Assembly: GCA_043778225.1 (NCBI GenBank)
Contig: JAYWGM010000072.1
Location: 14,954 to 78,953, forward strand
DNA: 64,000 nucleotides
Reading direction: 5' to 3'
Source: Deinococcales bacterium
GTDB lineage: Bacteria > Deinococcota > Deinococci > Deinococcales > JAAFIG01
Shown here: in pieces, positions 19,047 to 30,100 of the stretch
Layout: every line of letters starts with the position of its first letter
Position numbering within the stretch: the first letter of the stretch is position 1
The notes under the pieces: generated by a model
Seen by the model: the letters and a program-made list of their open reading frames with translations, nothing else
The model's database searches: none
What the model was told of the DNA's origin: nothing
Position numbers and translations under genes: made by a program

Positions 19047-20520
19047 ATTTCTTTGGAATCAAGCCTTGTAAACTTTGCCAAGTACCTAAAGGAAGTAAAC
19101 TCGAGACCACCACCAATGCCAGCAGCAACAACCACAAGCCAGCGTTACCGCCCGACAAGAACGCCAATGGCGAGAGGCTCGAGAGGACGACAGGCAGGGC
19201 ATAGGGTCTGCCAAGTGCCAACACACCCAAAACCGCCGCCAGAATTGCGCCAAGCCAAATGGCTAAACTTGGATTGACATAGCCCATTAGAACGGCACTT
19301 GCACCCAGTCCCAAACCAATCCCAAACAATGCCAGTGCTAATCGGTAAGGTTTGAGTTGGAACTGACGTAACCAAGCATAAACACACAGCCAGACCAAAG
19401 CCAACACAATTACAAACTGCATAAAGACATAAGTTTTACTGAGCGTTTCACGCAGCGAAGTCTCGGGGAAACTTAACACCACACTTTGCGAAGTGACAAT
19501 TTTAGGAAATTGCCAAATTAAACTCGAGCCAATCTGACTTGGATAAAGGCTACCACGCAAAAATTTGGTTGGTTTAGGTGAATTGACCTCGAGCCGAAAA
19601 TTATTGACAATTGTGCGCCTCGAAAAAGCATAATTCCAAGTCTCCGAGCCTTGGTTTTTATATTTGATTTGGGCGGTCACTCTTTCTTTGGGTTTGAGTG
19701 TGCCATACCATGTAAAACTATTGTTACTTGGTGCGATTTCTTTAGCAATTTCGCCTCGAGCCGAAAATTCAAAATCGGATAGTGTCCCCGAATTATCGGG
19801 AAAGGGAAACTCAAAAGTCACATCGAGTGGCGTATCGTTGGGGTTGCTAAAACTGTATTGTCCCTGAAAACTGGCACGATAAAACGAGCGCCCCAAACCT
19901 GTATCACCAAATTCAAATTGGGTTTTGAGATTGCTGGCTTCAATCGGCAACCCACGATATTCAACGATTTGGGCTTCGCGCACGAAAAATAAGCTCTTAC
20001 CATTTTGCAGAATACTATCCACCACACGGCGCACATTTTTACTTTGTGGCTCGGCTAGATATTCCTTGACATACGGTAAAATGGCTTCGCGTCCTTCGGA
20101 ATCAAGACGCTTTAGGACTTCGGGCGGCACACGAATACTGCGAATATAGGTCTTGGTTTGGGTATACCCAAGGCTTGGTTCGCGCTGCACAGTATCGCGC
20201 CCGGGTGGGTCTTCGAGCTTTGAATACCGTGCATTATTCTGACTAACGTAGCGTAAACCAACTGCATATTGGGCAATTTTAAAACCAAATAAAACGACCA
20301 CAACAACCACACCGATGGGCAGCCAAGGCAATAAACGGCTCGCTTGTTGGCTGACCCAAGTCCTAAGGCTCAAAAACCCTTCACGGTGCAAACCATAAAG
20401 CAGCAGTGTCAAGACAAAGGCGAGTCCGATAACCAGCAGTACAAATGGTATTGCCGCCATTAGAATTGACAGCCAAGAATCGAGTCTCGAGAAAAACCCA
20501 CCAATCGTATTTTGTACCAT
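19039..20520 (-). CDS. Inner membrane protein, CreD-like
   Basis: N-terminal TMs, periplasmic beta domain, several C-terminal TMs. Confidence 0.5.
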   Translation of the reverse strand: MVQNTIGGFFSRLDSWLSILMAAIPFVLLVIGLAFVLTLLLYGLHREGFLSLRTWVSQQASRLLPWLPIGVVVVVVLFGFKIAQYAVGLRYVSQNNARYSKLEDPPGRDTVQREPSLGYTQTKTYIRSIRVPPEVLKRLDSEGREAILPYVKEYLAEPQSKNVRRVVDSILQNGKSLFFVREAQIVEYRGLPIEASNLKTQFEFGDTGLGRSFYRASFQGQYSFSNPNDTPLDVTFEFPFPDNSGTLSDFEFSARGEIAKEIAPSNNSFTWYGTLKPKERVTAQIKYKNQGSETWNYAFSRRTIVNNFRLEVNSPKPTKFLRGSLYPSQIGSSLIWQFPKIVTSQSVVLSFPETSLRETLSKTYVFMQFVIVLALVWLCVYAWLRQFQLKPYRLALALFGIGLGLGASAVLMGYVNPSLAIWLGAILAAVLGVLALGRPYALPVVLSSLSPLAFLSGGNAGLWLLLLALVVVSSLLPLGTWQSLQGLIPKKSK

Positions 20521-20559
20521 GACTCGAGTCTAGTCACTTTTGTGAGTCTGTATGAGCAA

Positions 20560-21243
20560 CTATTTCTGGCAATCCAAACGCACCCGCAAACTTGGGTTTG
20601 GCACGGTAAACGCCACACCTTTAGCTTTGGTGCTATCCCCGATGCCTTTTGGGTTAAACTCGAGCAGAAATTTTGTTGGCGTTTTTACGGCATTTTCAAC
20701 CATACCAAACGGATACAAGAATTTTAATTGATGGGTCACTGCTCCACCCGGCGGCAAGGTCGCGAAGGTAATTTTTTGTACATCCATGCCATCCACTGCC
20801 AACGTGCTGGCATCAGCAAAAGCCAGTTGCACACCTTCGGAAGTCCAACCCGCCTCCCAAGGCGCAAGCGTGGCTAGGCTGCCATTTTTAACCTCGAGCG
20901 TTAAGCCCCAGCCAAGGCGGTCGGTTTTAATTGGCTCGAGTTTTATGGTTTTGACACGCCAAACACCATTAAAAAGTGTTTCGCCAAGACAGCCCTCGAG
21001 CGAAGCCCGTTGATTTGAACCACCCGCAAAACCGGGCAACTCGAGTTTGACCTCAGTTTTAGAAATAACAGCTTTGACCCCAGCCTTTTGCAGTGCCTCG
21101 AGTGGGATATAGGTTTTACCATTCTGGACAATTGCAGCTGCATATGGCTTACCGTTGATGCTTAGTTTTAGGGTACTCGAGGCAGCCCAAGCCATCAGGC
21201 TCGAGCCGAAAAGAATTGCAACGATTAGGGATTTATTTTTCAT
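20560..21243 (-). CDS. Secreted hypothetical protein
   Basis: Signal peptide; NGKTYIPL copper-amine-oxidase-N-like motif. Confidence 0.65.
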   Translation of the reverse strand: MKNKSLIVAILFGSSLMAWAASSTLKLSINGKPYAAAIVQNGKTYIPLEALQKAGVKAVISKTEVKLELPGFAGGSNQRASLEGCLGETLFNGVWRVKTIKLEPIKTDRLGWGLTLEVKNGSLATLAPWEAGWTSEGVQLAFADASTLAVDGMDVQKITFATLPPGGAVTHQLKFLYPFGMVENAVKTPTKFLLEFNPKGIGDSTKAKGVAFTVPNPSLRVRLDCQK

Positions 21244-21277
21244 GGGGTTTCCTTTCTCGAGGGCGATGGCGAACTAA

Positions 21278-21300
21278 GGCGAGGCGTGCCTCGCCCCTAC
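21278..21300. repeat. GTAG-type REP palindrome
   Basis: GGCGAGGC-GT-GCCTCGCC-CCTAC. Confidence 0.65.
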
Positions 21301-21326
21301 GGTTTTTTGGACAGGGCGAGGCACGC

Positions 21327-21594
21327 CCATAGACTCCAACTTAATCATTTTTGCTTTGCTTGACAATAGATTTGAATTTTGACTCTACGACATGGTACAT
21401 GGTTTTTGTCCTCCCCGCGAAGCAGGGGAGGTGGCAAGCGAAGCGCGTCGGAGGGGTCTTGCACAGCGTTTCTTCGTTACGCGTCGCAAGACCCCTCCGT
21501 CACTCGTTGCACTCCTGACACCTCCACCTACCTAACGGCAGGGGAGGACTTTTTGCGTTGCACACGAATTTCTTGATTAAGTTGGAGTCTATGG
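21327..21594. mobile_element. MITE-like non-autonomous element inserted in a REP
   Basis: Perfect 21-bp inverted ends CCATAGACTCCAACTTAATCA (21327-21347) / TGATTAAGTTGGAGTCTATGG (21574-21594); internal CCTCCCC..GGGGAGG hairpins; no convincing ORF. Confidence 0.7.
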
Positions 21595-21661
21595 AAGCAA
21601 GCCCCGCCCCTACGGTTTAGCTTTTAACCTTTTCACCCTTTAACCTTTTCACCCTGCCCTT

Positions 21662-22879
21662 CTATCCACCGCAACCAATGCCGATGTCCTCGATGTCTAT
21701 TCCAGTCAGGATAGTTTGAAGATTTGTGCCGTTATTATTGGTCATAACCAGTTCGTGATACCCATTGGTGTTGCCACTGCGCTCGAGCCAGAGCGAAGCG
21801 ATTTTGCCACCCATCAAACCACAAGGGGCAACGATGTTATTCTCGAGTGAGACTTTGCTGACGGTACTGCCCAGTATTTTCCAGATTCCATCGGTATCCC
21901 ATGAAGCATCAAAGGCAATACTTCCATCGGACAAGTAATCGGCATGATGCGCTGGTCCTTTATTGGCTATACTCGAGGGGGCATTGGTTGGCGAGACCAC
22001 CACCCGAAAGCCTGTACCATTTGTACCAATTTCGCAGATGCTCGTATTTCCAGCCCCAAAAGGTTGTGAACCACAATCAAACAAGACTTTGCTGCCGTCG
22101 CTCGAGATGGCGGGTTGGTCGTTAAAGGCTTGGCTGCTGGTTTGGGTAATTTGCACTGGGGCAGCCCATGTATTGCCAGTTTTACGAATCGCCCAGAGGT
22201 CAAAATTATGCGCCCCACCATTGGCAGTGTACACAATTAAGTTGCCGTCGCTCGAGATGGCTGGGAAACCTTGGGAATCTTGAATTGGGTTTGGAGCGCG
22301 TACCAAACTGGCACTGGCGGGGTTGCTGCTTGGGGCAACAGCCAAACAGTACGTGCCATTGCAAAGTGGGTCTAGGTTTTGGGTCTCGAGAATAAGCCAA
22401 TCGCCATTGGGGGAAATGTTCAAGCGTCGGTCTGCATTGCGCGTGGCGGCTGGAGTGATTAGGCTCGAGATGTTCTCTGGGGTTGCGCTGGCTTGAGCAT
22501 TGATTCGGTAGACACTATTTTGATAGGTATACGTGATTTTGCCAAGGCTCGAGGAAACAGGGTTAATCACTAAAATCTGGGTGCTGTTGGTACTGAGTTT
22601 ACCATCCGAGACGGTTAAAACCACGGTAAAACTGCCTACGGCTGCATAAGAATGCGTGGTGGTCACGCCTGAGCCTGTAGTCGAATCACCAAAATTCCAA
22701 GCATAAGTTAGGGCATTACCGTCTGGGTCACTCGAGGTGCTGGCGTTAAAGTTCAGACTCGTATTGACCGTGGCGGGGTTACTCGAGATAGTAAAAGCCG
22801 CCACGGGTGCGCGATTAACATTGGGTTGCGGCGTGTTGCAAGCAACCAGTAAAGCAAAACCAATCAATATTTTTTTCAT
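21662..22879 (-). CDS. PKD-domain lipoprotein with TolB-like beta-propeller
   Basis: Lipobox LVAC; DPDGNALTYAWNFGD PKD; PAISSDG repeats. Confidence 0.85.
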   Translation of the reverse strand: MKKILIGFALLVACNTPQPNVNRAPVAAFTISSNPATVNTSLNFNASTSSDPDGNALTYAWNFGDSTTGSGVTTTHSYAAVGSFTVVLTVSDGKLSTNSTQILVINPVSSSLGKITYTYQNSVYRINAQASATPENISSLITPAATRNADRRLNISPNGDWLILETQNLDPLCNGTYCLAVAPSSNPASASLVRAPNPIQDSQGFPAISSDGNLIVYTANGGAHNFDLWAIRKTGNTWAAPVQITQTSSQAFNDQPAISSDGSKVLFDCGSQPFGAGNTSICEIGTNGTGFRVVVSPTNAPSSIANKGPAHHADYLSDGSIAFDASWDTDGIWKILGSTVSKVSLENNIVAPCGLMGGKIASLWLERSGNTNGYHELVMTNNNGTNLQTILTGIDIEDIGIGCGG

Positions 22880-23079
22880 AGAACTCCTTGTCTAGCTTTG
22901 AATTCCAAGCCGCAACTCGAGCAGAACCGCGCATATGGACTGGTGATTGGCGCTTGGCAACTGGTACACGCCTCGAGTAATTTTGTGCCATCGTTACTGC
23001 AAAATTTCTCGCCACTCTCGAGTGGTACGGCTCTGGTACATTTGGGACATATTCGGTAAGCCACCAATTCTTTGACCAT
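22876..23079 (-). CDS. Double zinc-ribbon protein
   Basis: CPKC, CSND, CTSC, CSSCG; GGAGG RBS; overlaps the next gene. Confidence 0.8.
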   Translation of the reverse strand: MVKELVAYRICPKCTRAVPLESGEKFCSNDGTKLLEACTSCQAPITSPYARFCSSCGLEFKARQGVL

Positions 23080-23164
23080 AACAACCCTCCTCGAGCATTA
23101 TTTTGCACTAGATAGGGTTAGCTTCTTGTTGCTCGAGAAGGATTTTTTGCCGATATGCTTATTA

Positions 23165-23273
23165 GCCCATCGGGTCAACGTTGTACAGCCGCCCATCGGG
23201 TTAGCGTGGTACGAGCAGCCCATCGGGTTAGCGTGGTACGAGCAACCCATCGGGTTAGCGTGGTACAGCCGCC
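23165..23273. repeat. 26-27-bp tandem array x4 containing the stop codon of the C1 peptidase gene
   Basis: GCCCATCGGGTTAGCGTGGTACGAGCA units at 23165, 23191, 23218, 23245. Confidence 0.92.
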
Positions 23274-26149
23274 GCAACTTTACAAAAACCAGTCCAAGCA
23301 GTGATGTATTTGGCTCGAGAAGCATCTGAGGTTGGAATGATTTGCACTTCTAAAGCACATGGAAACGTGCCACCCAAACCAAAAGCTGTAAAACTTATCG
23401 GATATGTACCAAGGCTCGAGACAGCCGAATTAAAGGCATACCCTCGGTTTGCAATTGAACCATTGATTCTAAAAATCCAATCGTACTCGAGTTGTTCGGC
23501 ACTTGGGTTATCGGCTCGAGCCGAAGCAATATAATGCGCCGTGTTGGCATTGCCAGAGCAATTTGTGCCATACGATAAGCTCTCTAAGTTGAGGGTTGCT
23601 CCGTTGCTTAAAACCATGCCTACACTGCAATTGCCATTGCGTAAGCGTTCAATCGGTACAATTCCAGCCCCAGTAAAAACAGGGTTGGGATTGGCTGGTA
23701 GGTTTTCCACCAAAAAAGCCCCGCCTGTTTTGACTCGTAGACCGTCGGAGTCTGTAATGTAGACAAAGACGTTGCGGTAGCCATTGATGCCAAAGCGAAT
23801 TTGTTTGCTGCAACCAGTGTTTGGGTCGCCTTCGATGACATCAGGAGCTTGTACTTCCCATTGTACCCCAGCACATAAACTGCTCGGGTTTAATTCATTT
23901 GAGTCGGTAATAACAAGATTAAAAGTGGCTGCTCCAGTATTACTCGAGTACACATAAATTGGGGCAAGCGCAACTTGTAAATTTCCTCTGGGGGCGGTGT
24001 TGACCACTTGGAAATCAATGTTTTGGGTGGTGCTTTGTGTACCGTACCTAGCCGTCACTTGCAGTATTTGATTGCCCACACTCGAGAAGGTGAACGGAAT
24101 CTCGAGGGGTAGAAGCGTCGGCGTTCCGATTAAACCTGTGTACAGGGTGGTATTGCCTAGCTTAACCGTGACATTAACATTCTTGACTTCGGCTTGCGGA
24201 TGACTGACCGCAAATAAAGTCCCTAAATTACTCGAGACTCGCAAGTCAACTTTTCGAGGCGAAGCCGCAGGCGTTATTTGTGGGGACACCAAGGCTGTTT
24301 GTTCAGTTGTCCAAGCTGCACTGCGTCTCGAGTCAAAATTTAAGGCAGTGAGGTTATGAAAAACATCCTGTACATACTGAGCGTCTATGTACGCATAGCC
24401 ACCATCGCCAAATGTGCATCCCCAAGAATTTTTGATGATAAAATAACCGCCTCCAGGTGCATTTTGCGGGTCGGTAGGTGCAGTGAGTAGGTCGTTGCTG
24501 ATAAAACCCACAATTTGCACCGCATGACTCCCAGCCAGTCCGTCTCGGCTACGGTTGGTCAAAAAACCCGTGGCATCTATGGTCTGAAAACCTTGGTAAA
24601 CAGGAAAAGATGCCATCAGCGTATACCCTTGCGCCAGTAAAGTACGGTAGCTTGACAGTAAAAACGGTTGCCCTGACGACCAGATTGTTCGGCTCGAGGA
24701 CGGTAATGTTCCAGTTCCTGCATAATTTTCTGTCTGGGTGGCACAAAACGGTAAGTTAAGCACACCAATCTTCAAGGCTGTACAAACGGCATTGCCTTGA
24801 TGGGCTGAATTAGAACAAGTGCCATTGTATTTCAGGTCTGGACGACCCGCAAATTGCCAATCACACGACTTGGCATAACTTGCTACCAAATCGTTTGGGT
24901 TTGCCTGCCGACCAAAAGCAGGATTGTACGTCCAGAAAGCTTCATTGGGTAAGACTTGTGCCTTGGCATTGGCTTGGTCTAAAGCCACCTCAGTCGAGAA
25001 CCCATCCTCAAAATCGCTTGGCGACCATTGCGCTTTGACCTTAAAAGCCAGAAATTGCTCGGATAAATCCACAACAGTATTGTTCTGAACCCGTTCACGG
25101 CTTTCTATCGCGCCCAATGCCGTAAACGCCCAGCACAAACCACGGACGGCTTGGTTTTTGACTGGCGAAATAAAGTATTTTAACGGAAAACGAAAACGCG
25201 CCAATAAACCTGTCGGTGTACGGCAATCGCGCCTAAATAAATCGTTGTCATAGCCATTGCCAGCCACAATTGCCTGAGTTCGGAGCGGCGCACCAGTTGT
25301 TGGGGCAGTCTCGGGGCGCGTGCCATCCAGCCCAGCCTCTGAACCAAGTAAGGTATTCAAGGCGTTCAAAGCAGTCTGCATTGCACTTAAAGCCAGTCCT
25401 TGTAAACTCGAGGGACTCGGCACTTGGGTTTGGATTTCGTTTGGCGCAAGGTCATACAGACTCGAGTAAACACCGAGTACATTACCCACGTTTTGCGATT
25501 GTTGCACGCTGCGTGCCAATGCTCGAGCCGCGCTGCGCTGACCAAGCAGCAAGACTTTTTCACCACTTGGCAAAGTCGTTTCAGGGTCTGGACGGCTTGA
25601 ACTTGGGGCATTGAGTAATTCTTGCACCGACGGTGACGGGTTTTGTATTGCTCGCAAAGTGCTTAAATCAGTTTGGTATTGTTGCTCGGCAGCCTTTTCT
25701 TGGGCTGCTCGAGTCGTGTCGTTGATTGGCAATAACTCGCCAGACTCGACTTTTTGTTGGAATATCTCGGGCGTAATTTGTTCGGCATTGTTCGGAATTG
25801 GGGCTTTCCAAGCATTGCTCGGGTCAAACAATGGGCTTTGTAAGGTGACAAGCACCGTTTTTTTATCTGTACCAGCACTGTTTTGGGCGGTTAATTCAAA
25901 AGTGGTACTGGCAGCTACGTTGACCGTCGTACTCGAGCCAGTCACCACACCGACATTTGGGCTGATGGTTAGGCTCGAGGCGTTGGTCACATTCCACTCG
26001 AGTTTGACTGTGGTAGCAGCGTTTACATTGCTGGGTGTTGCCGTGAATGCGTTGATTTTCGGGGCGGTTTGAGCGGGTGGCTGCGGACAAGCCACCAGTG
26101 CAATCAGCAGCAACGAGCTAAGACCAACTAACCTCAATAGGTGTTTCAT
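23255..26149 (-). CDS. Papain-like C1 cysteine peptidase lipoprotein
   Basis: Lipobox LVAC; QAVRGLCWAF, HAVQIVG, IKNSWG catalytic motifs. Confidence 0.9.
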   Translation of the reverse strand: MKHLLRLVGLSSLLLIALVACPQPPAQTAPKINAFTATPSNVNAATTVKLEWNVTNASSLTISPNVGVVTGSSTTVNVAASTTFELTAQNSAGTDKKTVLVTLQSPLFDPSNAWKAPIPNNAEQITPEIFQQKVESGELLPINDTTRAAQEKAAEQQYQTDLSTLRAIQNPSPSVQELLNAPSSSRPDPETTLPSGEKVLLLGQRSAARALARSVQQSQNVGNVLGVYSSLYDLAPNEIQTQVPSPSSLQGLALSAMQTALNALNTLLGSEAGLDGTRPETAPTTGAPLRTQAIVAGNGYDNDLFRRDCRTPTGLLARFRFPLKYFISPVKNQAVRGLCWAFTALGAIESRERVQNNTVVDLSEQFLAFKVKAQWSPSDFEDGFSTEVALDQANAKAQVLPNEAFWTYNPAFGRQANPNDLVASYAKSCDWQFAGRPDLKYNGTCSNSAHQGNAVCTALKIGVLNLPFCATQTENYAGTGTLPSSSRTIWSSGQPFLLSSYRTLLAQGYTLMASFPVYQGFQTIDATGFLTNRSRDGLAGSHAVQIVGFISNDLLTAPTDPQNAPGGGYFIIKNSWGCTFGDGGYAYIDAQYVQDVFHNLTALNFDSRRSAAWTTEQTALVSPQITPAASPRKVDLRVSSNLGTLFAVSHPQAEVKNVNVTVKLGNTTLYTGLIGTPTLLPLEIPFTFSSVGNQILQVTARYGTQSTTQNIDFQVVNTAPRGNLQVALAPIYVYSSNTGAATFNLVITDSNELNPSSLCAGVQWEVQAPDVIEGDPNTGCSKQIRFGINGYRNVFVYITDSDGLRVKTGGAFLVENLPANPNPVFTGAGIVPIERLRNGNCSVGMVLSNGATLNLESLSYGTNCSGNANTAHYIASARADNPSAEQLEYDWIFRINGSIANRGYAFNSAVSSLGTYPISFTAFGLGGTFPCALEVQIIPTSDASRAKYITAWTGFCKVAAAVPR

Positions 26150-26273
26150 AAAGCCTCCTAAGTGCCTCGAGTCTCGAGTCTTGACTTAGATTGCACTAAG
26201 GCTAGTTTACTTTGGGTTATTCAAAAAGCTGTTTTTGCCGATGTGAATTTTTTTGCATTCTAATTTTTTAGCC

Positions 26274-26299
26274 ATTTGGTATATCAAGATATACCAAAT
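26274..26299. promoter_or_regulatory. Perfect inverted repeat, putative TA operator
   Basis: ATTTGGTATATC-AA-GATATACCAAAT upstream of the TA pair. Confidence 0.6.
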
Positions 26300-26394
26300 C
26301 AAACTATGCTAAAATACCAGTCTAGTTTTTAGGTGCAAAAATATATTGAAACAGTCACTCATGTTCATAAACAACAAAATTTAGGAGAAGTAAA

Positions 26395-26778
26395 ATGAAG
26401 ATTCGCTATCCAAAAAATCCCGACCAACTGCATCATAAAGACCCACCTTTTGTAAAAGACCTCAAAAATCTAGGCTCGAGAGGTGGGGCGTGGCAATGCT
26501 TAAAAACCATTCGCAAAATGGTCAAAGACCTGAGAATCAACGGTCAAGACTGTCAGTTCATCAAAAATCTAACTGGTGTACCAAATATCCTAGAACTCAA
26601 AGCCAACGCAAAAGGCAGTGGGGCTGGTGGCGCTCGGGTTTACTTCTTTTTCACCGATAAAAATGAGGCTTTCCTAGGCGCAGCCGAATGTAAAAAAGAT
26701 GACTCCGCCAACGAAGACTTGATAAACCGCTTGGCTGTGATGGCATATGCCTACCATCATGGCGTTCCATTATTCTAA
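26395..26778 (+). CDS. RelE/HigB (Gp49-like) toxin
   Basis: ILELKA...GGARVYFF...ECKK motif; toxin-first order. Confidence 0.6.
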   Translation: MKIRYPKNPDQLHHKDPPFVKDLKNLGSRGGAWQCLKTIRKMVKDLRINGQDCQFIKNLTGVPNILELKANAKGSGAGGARVYFFFTDKNEAFLGAAECKKDDSANEDLINRLAVMAYAYHHGVPLF

Positions 26779-26790
26779 ACGAGGAGAATC

Positions 26791-27180
26791 ATGAAAATTG
26801 ACCCTAAAGCTGCTCGAGAATGGTTAGCCCAACAACCCAATCAAGGTTTTATAACCTCGAGTAGACCCGAACTTTATACACAGCCCGAAATAAAAACCGA
26901 ACAACAACATCAGCGCACCATGACTGTTTTAGACCAAGCCATTGTCAGCAGTACGCTCTTTGAAATCATCGAGCAAGCCCAAGCCAGCACTGGGCGCAGT
27001 TTGCGTGAAACAAGCCGCCGTGCAGCTATGAGTCACACGCAATTACTGAGCATTAAAAAGCAAGCCGAAAAAGCCGAAGTTCGTAATTTGGCGCGAATTG
27101 CCGATGCGATGGGTTACGAACTGCACATTGCTTTTGTACCTCGAGACCATAAGCTCAAACGCCTTGAAGCACAACTTTAA
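26791..27180 (+). CDS. XRE/HigA-like HTH antitoxin
   Basis: SLRETSRRAAMSHTQL...LARIADAMGYELHIAFVP. Confidence 0.65.
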   Translation: MKIDPKAAREWLAQQPNQGFITSSRPELYTQPEIKTEQQHQRTMTVLDQAIVSSTLFEIIEQAQASTGRSLRETSRRAAMSHTQLLSIKKQAEKAEVRNLARIADAMGYELHIAFVPRDHKLKRLEAQL

Positions 27181-27185
27181 GATAA

Positions 27186-30100
27186 TTACTTTTCAATCAA
27201 GAAATCTTGCCAGCGCTCAGGGATAACTTCACCAACTTCAAGTAACTTGGCTTGAGCTTCGCTGTACAGCCGTTGCAGCGTGCGGTGATTGTTGTCTAAA
27301 CGCAGGGCATTGCAAGCAATTCTAAGCGTCTCGAGGTCGTATGGATTGGTCTGGAGTAAAATTCGCATCACTCGAGCCACTTGTTTTGGCTCGGTCTCGA
27401 GTCGCCTTTGTGCTTCTTTGTGAGCCGCTGCGATAAGCAGCTCATTAATTTCTTCGGATGGAGCGAATCCCTCGAGATACGCCCCACGCCACTTAGCAAA
27501 GTCACCAGACTTTAAGAATTCTTCTGCGTCGGTCATGACTGCGCCCAAAGCATAGCCATTGGCAGTTGTGGCAACCAGCGCCACACCGTGGGCTGCTCGA
27601 GCCTTAAAGACGGTTTGACGCAAGGAGACCAGCGCTTCTTCTTCAAGACCGTTTGGATAAAGCGCATCTATTAACTCGAGGGTTTTGACTTCGCTGCGTC
27701 CTGTCAAGCGAGCCTCGAGCAGCACTGCCAGTAATTCCTTGCGTTTTTGTCCTTTGACCGCACTGACCAAACCACCATTCAAGATTTGCATTGTGCCAAG
27801 TACCTCGAGTTGCAGCTTGGTCTGGTCGAGGCTCGTTTTGGTGGCTTGTAGTTCAGAAAAGTAACTTTGAGCAAGATTGACCCCATGCAGCAAACCTTGT
27901 TCTTGAAACCAAACAACGGCTTCTCGAGCCATATGGATATTTTGTTCTAAGCGTGCCAATTCAAGGCGGTAGCAATGGGCATCAAATAAAAATCCCAGTT
28001 CTTCGGCTCGAGCAATGACAGCTTGCCAAGCAAGGACAGCCGTTTGCTGTTCGGCTTCTAGTAATCTAGCTTGGGCGCTCAGCACATAAAAACTATGGCT
28101 GTCTGGAGCATTTACAAGCACAGGCAAGGCGAGTTCTAAGCATTCACGGGCTTGACTGACTTCTTGGGTTTGTAACAAGGCTAGGCATAAATGCGTTTGG
28201 CTCGAGGCAATCAATTTATCATGTTCTAGGGCTTGGGCATGACGCAGCGCATCTCGAGCATATTTTAAGGCTAGAGTCTGACTGTATTGCAATTGGCGTT
28301 GCAAATGAAAACGCACCAAGGATAACTCGACAGCCACCAAAAATGGTGTTTGAGAACCTTGACTTAAAGCCGAATAGGCGGCATTCAAACGCTCCTCGGC
28401 GGGTTCATAGCGCCCAGCTTCAAAATCATTGTTCGAGAGCATCAATTGAGCTTGGGCTGCCAGCCCAAAATTACCAGCTTTCTCGAGGGCGACCAAAGCA
28501 CGAGTCGCATGGTCACGCATCAAATCTCGCTGCCCGGTGCGCTCTAAAGTCACTGCCCGATTAAAAAGCATTGCACCCACCGCGTTGTGCTGCTCGAGTT
28601 CTTGGGCTAAAGCAATCGCTTCAAGCGCCACGATTTCGGATGCCTCGAGTTGCCCAAGTTGGGCTAAACTAATCGCTCGGATATTCAAAACACTCATCCG
28701 TTCACGCGGCAAAAGTTGAGGGTGCTGCAAAATATCCAAAGACAAGTGTTCAGCTTTTTGCATCTCACCTGTCAAAACCAGCGCCGATAACACATGAATC
28801 AGCACGGCAGTCTCGACCACATCATGCAGTTCAGCATGAGCCTCCCAAAGCTCAAGCGCTCGAGTTGGCTGACCACACATCATCAAAAACCCAAGATAAG
28901 AACTGATGTACCGTGTATCGTTTTGGTACACCACAGGTAAACGCGCTAAAGAATTCTCGGCTGCCACAATGCTGCGGGTGGTGGTGACAATCGCGCCAGT
29001 TGCGTAATAAATCGCCTCTATTCGAGTTGCATCTGGTAAGTCTGGCATCTCGAGAATGGACTCGGCATAACTGAGCGCTTCTTTGGGTTGGCTGTGAACC
29101 AAAATACCGATTGCCTCGAGTAACAAATTGGCTTTGGCAAGACCGACTAAAAACTGTGCAGCTTTGGCTTTGAGTTGGGCGGCTCGAGTTGGTTGGGCTT
29201 CTAAGGCTTTTGCACACGACAACAAAACATCCAAAGCCGTTTGGGGGGGTAACTGGCTATCAAGCAGAAATTCAGTTGCCAATTCTGGATGAGCAACCTG
29301 TAAAATCTGCAAGGCTCGAGTTGCTAAGTCTGCCCGCCCAGCACTTGATAATTGCTTAAAAGTCACTTCCCGAAAAAGCGGATGCACAAAACCACTTTGG
29401 CTTAGAATCCCACGCCGCCGCAAATGCAGTTCGGCAAATTCAAGTTCTGGTAAATCCAAACCCGCCACTTGCGCCCAGAGGTTAGAATCCAGCATCAATT
29501 GCGGCACGCGAATCTCGAGCAAGGCACGGGCTTGCAATGCCAAACGGCTTGAAAGCGAATCTGACGGGTCAAACAGCAATTGTTCAATCAATGCCTCAAC
29601 AGTCATCGGCATCGCATCGGCTGGAGGTTCACGCCAATGCCAGCGCTTGGTGTCGTTCCACAGTAAACCCTGCCTTGCCAAGTGCCTAAAGAATTCCAAA
29701 GTAAAAAGCGGATTGCCTGCCGCCCTCGAGTAAATCCAAGTGCTGGCATCAGGAGGCAACGCCGCACCGACTTCAGATTCCAAAAGTGTTGTGCTGCTCA
29801 GTAAATCCAAAGGCAGTAAGCGCCAAGACTCGAGTCCAGATTCTATCGCTACGCGACTGGTCAGAATCACCCCAACTCCCTTTTTGTGCTGAGCCGCCAA
29901 CGCCAAACGCAACCAAAAATCTTGAGCCGTTGCCGTTGCTTCATGCCAGTCTTCAATATGAAGCACAAAAGGAGCAAGCGCCTCGAGCAAGCCAAGGAGG
30001 GTTTCCAAACTCGAATCTGTGCCCAACTTTGCCTCGAGCCAACTTGGCAAACGTTTAGGACGCGGCAGGTTCTTCAAAACCTGTGCCACAAGCGTCACGG

